Part shown: one piece after another, positions 58,435-64,000 of the stretch
Numbering within the stretch: the stretch's first letter is position 1
Layout: the number at the start of each line of letters is the position of its first letter
Assembly: GCA_040218735.1 (NCBI GenBank)
Contig: JAVJQW010000057.1
Location: 1-64,000, forward strand
Origin: Deltaproteobacteria bacterium
GTDB lineage: Bacteria; Myxococcota; Kuafuiibacteriia; Kuafuiibacteriales; Kuafuiibacteriaceae
Direction of reading: 5' to 3'
Length of the DNA stretch: 64,000 nucleotides
The notes under the pieces: generated by a model
Database searches by the model: none
Seen by the model: only the letters and a program-made list of their open reading frames with translations
Told to the model about the DNA's origin: nothing
Translations under genes and position numbers: made by a program

Positions 58435-60201
58435 GTGCGTTGGACCATCCTCTGCCTCGCCCTTGGCGCCGTCGCGTGCCGCTCCGAGTCGCCGGCTCCG
58501 CTGGTCCAGGTCGCCGCCGAGGCGGCCGCGCTCGATCCGACGCGGGTCGAGATCACGTTCACGCACGCGATTGATGCGGCGGGGTTCGACCCGTCGTCGA
58601 TCACCGTCGTCGCGCCCTTCGAACGTCCCGCGCAGACCCTTGCGGTCACGAACGTAACTCTAGATGGAGCGACGCTCGTTCTCACCACTGCGCAACAGAT
58701 CGGTGGCGCGCTCTACGCAATCGACTTGGGCGAGGTGACGTTCGATGGCCTCGAGCGCGTCGACGCCCCATCCCAGATCAACTTCCGCGGTTACGGGCTC
58801 GCGTCCGTCACGTTGCGCCTGGCCACGGATGGGTTCGTGGTGCCCAGCGGTATCGACGCGCTCGTCACGATCGATACGAGCGGCGAGTACACCGCCGCGC
58901 TCGTCCGCATGCCGATGACGCAGGTGGAGGTCGGCGTGTTCGAGGCGACGATCTCGGCGCGCATCGATCCGAGCCGTCTGCACGCAGCGCGGGCGGTGAC
59001 ATCCGAGGGCATCGAGGCCGCCCAGCTCGTCACGTTCGACGTCGCGAGCGCGGACCCGGTGCTCGTCGGGATGACACCGCTCCTCGAGATGCTGCCGGAG
59101 TTCGACGCCCCGGTGGACGCGACGCCGGGTGATGGGCGCGCGCCGGTGCGGCTGATCTTCGACGATCGCTACGCACGGGCGCTCGTCGATCCGAAGGTGC
59201 GTCTTTCGGTCGACGCGGGGGGCGCGTTCGACGCCGGGAGCACGCGCGTCGACGGACTGACACGCGTCGCCGGCGAAGCGCGCGTGTTCGAGCGTGTCGT
59301 CGAGGTGGAGGTGGATCCGAACCGCACGCAGGAGGGGACGACGGCCGACACGTTCCCGTACGTCGCGTTCCTCGTGGAGGGGAACGAGGACATCCCACAG
59401 CGCGGGACGACGTTCGTGATGCCGACGGAGCGACCGCAGGTCATCGTCATCCCGATCGGCAACCCGGCGATGGTGCCGGTGACCTTCCGCGTCGACGTCG
59501 GGAGCGCGTTTGTCACGCCCGACGGGACGACGCGCGGTCACTACCCGGGTGAAGGCATCTTCCTCACCGGCGAGCTGCCGAGCGCGGAAGACGGCCTCGG
59601 TCGCCTCGCCGCCGACGCGTTCACGGGCGGCGAGCGCGCGACGCTACAGATGGCGGAGCGCCCCGACGCCCCGGGGGTCTTCGAGAAGACGATCTTCCTC
59701 CCGAGGAACCGCCCTTACGGGTGGAAGGTCGTGCGGTGCCCGACCGGCCGTGGATGCGCGGAGCTGAACCGTCACGTGGTGTCGTCCGGCCGTGCGTTCC
59801 CGACGGTGATGAAGAACCTCGTCACCGTGAACCAGGACGCCGCGCAGCTCGACAGCGTTCGACTCGTGGACCCGGCGAACCTCGACGCCGTCCCCCTCCC
59901 CGGCGGGGGCACGGAGGACTACTCGCAGGCCAACGTATCCCTCGACGGAATGGAGAGCGAGGGCACCTCGATCATGTTCAAGCAGGAGGCACCCGACCTC
60001 GTGGTCACCGTCGCGGAGGAGCCGGTCTTCACGCCGATCTACGTGGTGGGGACGTGGCGTGACGTGAACATCGAACAGACGCCCACCGAAATCATCGCGG
60101 CCGGCGGCACGCTGGAGCTCTCGCCGTACGACTACGACGACGGCACGCAGGGCCGGCTACCGATCCTCAGGGACCTGGAGCTACCGGCCGACCCGCCCTA
60201 A
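58435..60201 (+). CDS. Lipoprotein with Ig/CBM-like beta domains
   Basis: LGAVAC lipobox; repeated VTFRVD/VTLRL beta modules. Confidence 0.75.
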   Translation: MRWTILCLALGAVACRSESPAPLVQVAAEAAALDPTRVEITFTHAIDAAGFDPSSITVVAPFERPAQTLAVTNVTLDGATLVLTTAQQIGGALYAIDLGEVTFDGLERVDAPSQINFRGYGLASVTLRLATDGFVVPSGIDALVTIDTSGEYTAALVRMPMTQVEVGVFEATISARIDPSRLHAARAVTSEGIEAAQLVTFDVASADPVLVGMTPLLEMLPEFDAPVDATPGDGRAPVRLIFDDRYARALVDPKVRLSVDAGGAFDAGSTRVDGLTRVAGEARVFERVVEVEVDPNRTQEGTTADTFPYVAFLVEGNEDIPQRGTTFVMPTERPQVIVIPIGNPAMVPVTFRVDVGSAFVTPDGTTRGHYPGEGIFLTGELPSAEDGLGRLAADAFTGGERATLQMAERPDAPGVFEKTIFLPRNRPYGWKVVRCPTGRGCAELNRHVVSSGRAFPTVMKNLVTVNQDAAQLDSVRLVDPANLDAVPLPGGGTEDYSQANVSLDGMESEGTSIMFKQEAPDLVVTVAEEPVFTPIYVVGTWRDVNIEQTPTEIIAAGGTLELSPYDYDDGTQGRLPILRDLELPADPP

Positions 60202-60213
60202 TATCCCGGCGAG

Positions 60214-61557
60214 GTGCAGTTTCCGGCGAAGACCAACGCACCCGCGAAGGGTGATGTGATCGGCCCCGTCGAGCTCGTCGAGCGCATCGGGGTCGGTGGG
60301 TTCGGTTCGGTGTGGCGCGTTTGTCACCTGAGGACCCGCGAGACACTCGCGCTCAAGGTTCTGCACCCATCGCTCTACGAAGAAGTCCCCGGCGCGGGGC
60401 CCTCCGTGGTCGACCGGTTTCTGCGCGAGGCGCGCATCCTCCAGAACCTCCGCCACCCGGGCGTCATCCGAATCCTCGATGTCATCGAGGAACCGCAAAA
60501 GGGACTCATCGCCTATCTGATGGAGCTCCTCGAGGGGCGTGATCTCAGCACCTACGCGTTGAAGACCGACCTCCCGAGCGTGCTCGAGATCTTCGCGCGA
60601 ACCGCGCGAACACTCGTCGCGGTGCACGAGAAGGGCCTCCTGCACCGCGACATCAAACTCACCAACATCTTCGTGTGTAATCAGCTCGGGGGTGATGGGT
60701 TCCCGGTCGTCAAACTCATCGACTTCGGAATTGCCAAGGACCTCGAGACGAGCTCGCTCGCGCACCGGACGGCGGCGGGTCACTACGTGGGTACGCTGGA
60801 GAGCATGGCGCCGGAGTGTTACGAGCGTCTGCTCGGCACGGCGGTCACGCTGACCCCCGCGGTCGATCAGTGGAGCCTGGGGGTCTCGCTCTACCACGCG
60901 GTGAGCGGTCGGGTTCCGTTCAAGGCGACCAACGAAGCACAGTCCGCGCTGATCCAGCTCCAGCTCCGAATCTGCAACGACAAGCCGCCGCCGCTCGGAC
61001 TCCTCCGACATTATGGCCTCGCGGCGGTCCCCGACGGGCTTGAGGCGATCGTCCGCCGCTGCCTGGAGAAGAAGCCCGAGGATCGCTACCCGACGCTGGG
61101 GGCGCTCGCGGATGACTTGAGCAGCGTCTTCGCGGAGCAGACCGACGAGAACACCGCCGTGAGCTCGTGGGAGCCGACGTCACCGACGCTGGTGCCCTCG
61201 CAGAAGACCGTGGACGGCGCCACCGACGACATCCCGGCCTACGACGATCGGACATCGCGCACCGCCCAGGGCGCGCTGTCGGAGTCCGAGGAGTACGCCG
61301 AGACGGCAATCGACGATCCCCACGCGCTGCAGACGGCGGTGGGCACGCTCCGCGACGTACCGGATCGACCTTCGACGACCGCGCCGTTGACCAAGACGAA
61401 GCTCATCGACACGCCCGGACCGCCGCTGGTGCGCCCGGTCTCGGAGTCCTCGCTCGCGGCGCCGCAAAAGCGAACGTGGGGGCTGTCGCTCGGGTGGACG
61501 ATGCTGCTGATCGTGGCGGCCGCCGCCCTCTCGTTCCTCGTCGGCCTCTACGGATGA
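60214..61557 (+). CDS. Hanks-type Ser/Thr protein kinase with a C-terminal TM helix
   Basis: IGVGGFGSVW, ALK, HRDIKLTN, DFG, APE, DQWSLG. Confidence 0.95.
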   Translation: MQFPAKTNAPAKGDVIGPVELVERIGVGGFGSVWRVCHLRTRETLALKVLHPSLYEEVPGAGPSVVDRFLREARILQNLRHPGVIRILDVIEEPQKGLIAYLMELLEGRDLSTYALKTDLPSVLEIFARTARTLVAVHEKGLLHRDIKLTNIFVCNQLGGDGFPVVKLIDFGIAKDLETSSLAHRTAAGHYVGTLESMAPECYERLLGTAVTLTPAVDQWSLGVSLYHAVSGRVPFKATNEAQSALIQLQLRICNDKPPPLGLLRHYGLAAVPDGLEAIVRRCLEKKPEDRYPTLGALADDLSSVFAEQTDENTAVSSWEPTSPTLVPSQKTVDGATDDIPAYDDRTSRTAQGALSESEEYAETAIDDPHALQTAVGTLRDVPDRPSTTAPLTKTKLIDTPGPPLVRPVSESSLAAPQKRTWGLSLGWTMLLIVAAAALSFLVGLYG

Positions 61558-61577
61558 CGCGTGCCCCCGAGCGGCCT

Positions 61578-62102
61578 TCAGAGCTCGGTCGTCCAACAGC
61601 TCGACATCGCCTCCATCTGCGCGAGCACGTCCTCGACACGCGCGCGGGAGGCTTCGTCGTCGTCGGTGCGGACGAAGCGGAGCACCGTGAGCTGCGCGAG
61701 TGTCTCTTCGAGGAGCGCGAGGCCATCGTCGACCTCGACCGCGGCGCGCTCCTCGATCGGCGCGAGGCGCTCGAGCAGGGTCGGACGGGCGTCGTGTGCG
61801 GCGCGCGCGACCTCGGCGCGGCGCGCTTCGGCCACCAGGAGGCGACGCACGTACGCGCGCATCACCTCCGCGCCGCCGAGGTCGACGTGACGCCACGCCT
61901 CGTCGAGCTCCACGGCGATCGCGGTGAGGCGACCGGAGCGATCCGACGCCGGCGGCGTCGACACGAAGAACACCACCGGGACCAGGAAGGGCCACAGCAC
62001 CACCATGACCACGACCTCCGCCACCGAAGCGCGGCGCCGACGGACGAGCGCCGCCGCGGCGCCGCAGCCGACCACGAGATAGACGACGACGAAGGTGTTC
62101 AT
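61578..62102 (-). CDS. Membrane-anchored coiled-coil protein
   Basis: ATG 62102 overlapping the upstream stop; two N-terminal TM segments (LWPF) then helical region. Confidence 0.7.
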   Translation of the reverse strand: MNTFVVVYLVVGCGAAAALVRRRRASVAEVVVMVVLWPFLVPVVFFVSTPPASDRSGRLTAIAVELDEAWRHVDLGGAEVMRAYVRRLLVAEARRAEVARAAHDARPTLLERLAPIEERAAVEVDDGLALLEETLAQLTVLRFVRTDDDEASRARVEDVLAQMEAMSSCWTTEL

Positions 62103-62788
62103 AGCAGCACGTCGAAGCCCCAGAGCGCGAGCGCGACGTTCGCGCCGACGATCACCGACGCGAGGCGCGCGAGCACTCGGACCCGCGCCAGCTCGTCGTC
62201 GTCGAGCGCAGCGCCCTTCGCGTCCGTCGCGAACAACACGAGCGTCGCATGGAGGCGAACGCCGGTCGCGCCCCCCGCCAGCCCGAACGCCGCCACGAGG
62301 CCCACCGGCCCGAGCCACATGCGGTCGAGCGACAACAAGAACCACGGCGCCGGCGAGGCGGCGAGCAAGACCATCGCCCCGGCCGCCGTACTGCACAGGA
62401 GGATGACGACGAGGCGCGCGAGCGGCACACGCGCGGCGAGGACGATCGACGCCGCGTACACCGGACCGATCGACGCGGCGAGCGCGAGGAGGAGGTTCTG
62501 CGCGAGGAGCGCCGCACTCCGCGCCGCGTCGATCGGGTCGCCACGCACGACGACGAACGCCACCACGGCCGCGCACACGACGAGCGTCGCGAGCGCCGCG
62601 AGCACCACGCGCTGGACATCCGCCGGGGCGTCCATCTTCGCGAGCACACGGTGCGGGTCGCGGAGGATCTCCAACACCAGCGGCGGACGACGGCGACGCG
62701 CCGCCAGGAGCACCGGTGCGGCCGGCGCACCGAGGAACGGAGAGGTCGGCTCGACGAGCCGACGAGGCGCGACTTCTACGGCGGTCAT
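62099..62788 (-). CDS. Multi-pass membrane protein
   Basis: ATG 62788 overlapping the upstream stop; about five TM segments; resembles the upstream gene. Confidence 0.7.
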   Translation of the reverse strand: MTAVEVAPRRLVEPTSPFLGAPAAPVLLAARRRRPPLVLEILRDPHRVLAKMDAPADVQRVVLAALATLVVCAAVVAFVVVRGDPIDAARSAALLAQNLLLALAASIGPVYAASIVLAARVPLARLVVILLCSTAAGAMVLLAASPAPWFLLSLDRMWLGPVGLVAAFGLAGGATGVRLHATLVLFATDAKGAALDDDELARVRVLARLASVIVGANVALALWGFDVLL

Positions 62789-63351
62789 CAGCCAACACCT
62801 CCGTGCCCGCCGAGGAACATCGCGACCGCGAGCGCCAGGACTGCGCCGTCGACGAGTCGTTTGTTCTCGGCGCCGACCTGGAAAGCGCGACCGACGCGCG
62901 TGAACATCACCAGGAACGTCACACTCGCCGTGCCGACGGGGACGAACCCGATCAGCCGCCCCGCGCCGGTCTGATCCATCAGCTGGAAGTAGGTCACGAG
63001 CGGCAACGTCGCCATCGCGACGACCCCGCTCACCACCAACACCGTCCCGGTCGTGCCGAGCAGCGCCGCCGCATCGACCTCCGCGTCGATGTACGTGAAG
63101 TAGAGCATCAGGCTCGGGAGGACGATGGCGATCCCGGCGAGCGCGCCGCGTCCGAAGCGCACCGGGGAGGACGTGAGCACATCCGCGTTGGTGACGAGCG
63201 CCGCGCCGCCGAGCGTCGCGAGCGCCGCCAACGTGGCGCCGCACAGGGCGAGGCCGAGGGACTTGAACGCCGACTCACCGGCGAGGCGCGCGGCGGTTCG
63301 GGCTGGGGTGTCGAGGAGCTCGAAGAGCGGGGACAGGGTCGATGTGGACAT
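62788..63351 (-). CDS. Multi-pass membrane protein
   Basis: About five TM segments; first gene after the sigma54 promoter. Confidence 0.7.
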   Translation of the reverse strand: MSTSTLSPLFELLDTPARTAARLAGESAFKSLGLALCGATLAALATLGGAALVTNADVLTSSPVRFGRGALAGIAIVLPSLMLYFTYIDAEVDAAALLGTTGTVLVVSGVVAMATLPLVTYFQLMDQTGAGRLIGFVPVGTASVTFLVMFTRVGRAFQVGAENKRLVDGAVLALAVAMFLGGHGGVG

Positions 63352-63364
63352 GCCGCGGCGACTT

Positions 63365-63380
63365 CGCAAGCGGCGTGCCC
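63365..63380 (-). promoter_or_regulatory. Sigma54 (-24/-12) promoter
   Basis: Minus strand GGGCACGCCGCTTGCG = GG-N10-GC with GGCAC and TTGC consensus. Confidence 0.75.
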
Positions 63381-63420
63381 GCCCCTCGGCGCGTTCGTGG
63401 CGCGGGCGGGGCGCGTCGGA

Positions 63421-63440
63421 CTGGGTAACGCGTTACCCAG
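63421..63440. promoter_or_regulatory. Perfect 20-bp palindrome, candidate activator binding site or terminator
   Basis: CTGGGTAACGCGTTACCCAG is its own reverse complement; lies between the bEBP stop and the sigma54 promoter. Confidence 0.55.
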
Positions 63441-63445
63441 CGACG

Positions 63446-64000
63446 TCAATCGATGCGCAGGTCTTCCTTGATGTCGTGTTCGTGGATCTTGTTGAAGAGC
63501 GTCTTGTAGCTGATGCCGAGCAGGCGAGCGGCGGCGGCCTTGTTCCCGCGCGCGTGCCGCAGCGCCTGCACCACGGCCTTGCGCTCTGCGGCGCGCACCG
63601 CCCGGCGGATCGTCTGCACCGGCGCGTCGGGCTCCGCAGGGGCCTCCTCGATCGGCGCAATGCGCTTCGGGGTGACGACCGCCCACGCCGAGAAGTCGAA
63701 CGCCCCCAGGATCACTGCGCGCTCCACGAAGTTCTCCAGCTCGCGCACGTTCCCCGGCCATGTGTGCTGGGCGAGGCGCGCCTGCGTCGCGTCGTCGATC
63801 GCGGGGGCGTCCAGGCCGTGGTGCGCGGCGTGTTTCGTGAGGAAGTGATCGATGAGGCCCGGGATGTCCTGGCGACGCTCGCGTAGCGGCGGCAACCGAA
63901 TCGGCACCACGTTCAGACGGTGGAACAGGTCCAGGCGAAACGCACCGGACTCGACGAGCTCGGGCATGTTCCGGTGGGTCGCCGCGACGACACGCACGTC
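63446..64000 (-). CDS. Sigma54-dependent transcriptional activator (bEBP), C-terminal part
   Basis: VRVVAATHR, FRLDLFHRLNV, LPPLRER, WPGNVRELEN, Fis-type HTH AARLLGISYKTL. Confidence 0.95.
   Translation of the reverse strand, partial: DVRVVAATHRNMPELVESGAFRLDLFHRLNVVPIRLPPLRERRQDIPGLIDHFLTKHAAHHGLDAPAIDDATQARLAQHTWPGNVRELENFVERAVILGAFDFSAWAVVTPKRIAPIEEAPAEPDAPVQTIRRAVRAAERKAVVQALRHARGNKAAAARLLGISYKTLFNKIHEHDIKEDLRID

Overview
High-GC bacterial DNA, probably from a myxobacterium or relative (Myxococcota); this is inferred from Cys-rich lipoproteins, FHA-GGDEF, MshEN, Ser/Thr kinase, PilY1 and sigma54 genes. The window has two parts. (1) Positions 1-23093 are an accessory region at the 3' end of a minus-strand tRNA-Asn(GTT) (23072-23144). 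A 23-bp copy of the tRNA 3' end at 16028-16050, conserved TGGKCACTATYTGGTCAC arm-like sites and two collinear integrase-like tails show two related elements integrated in tandem. The right element is an integrase-less 7043-bp unit whose only intact cargo is a 2099-aa teneurin-like YD/Rhs protein ending in a phospholipase A2-like domain, with no obvious immunity gene. The left element is a decayed mosaic of IS3, IS21, two IS66, an IS91/ISCR rolling-circle transposase with three ori-like ends, and a TGTTG-ended DDE/ExeA transposon. It carries a small ORF + radical SAM/SPASM + methyltransferase cluster, a sigma70-like gene pair, an ftsH fragment bracketed by an ori-derived 11-bp repeat, and an orphan 656-aa lipoprotein. 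(2) Positions 23200-64000 look like core chromosome: M23 peptidase, rhomboid, thioredoxin, diguanylate cyclase, DsbA/cytochrome c operon, TetR, FAD oxidase, ribA/folE/hslO, Omp85-like protein, PilY1-like adhesin, kinase, and a sigma54 promoter with a perfect 20-bp palindrome ahead of a membrane-protein operon. I saw no CRISPR array or rRNA. All calls come from reading motifs by eye; no database searches were run.
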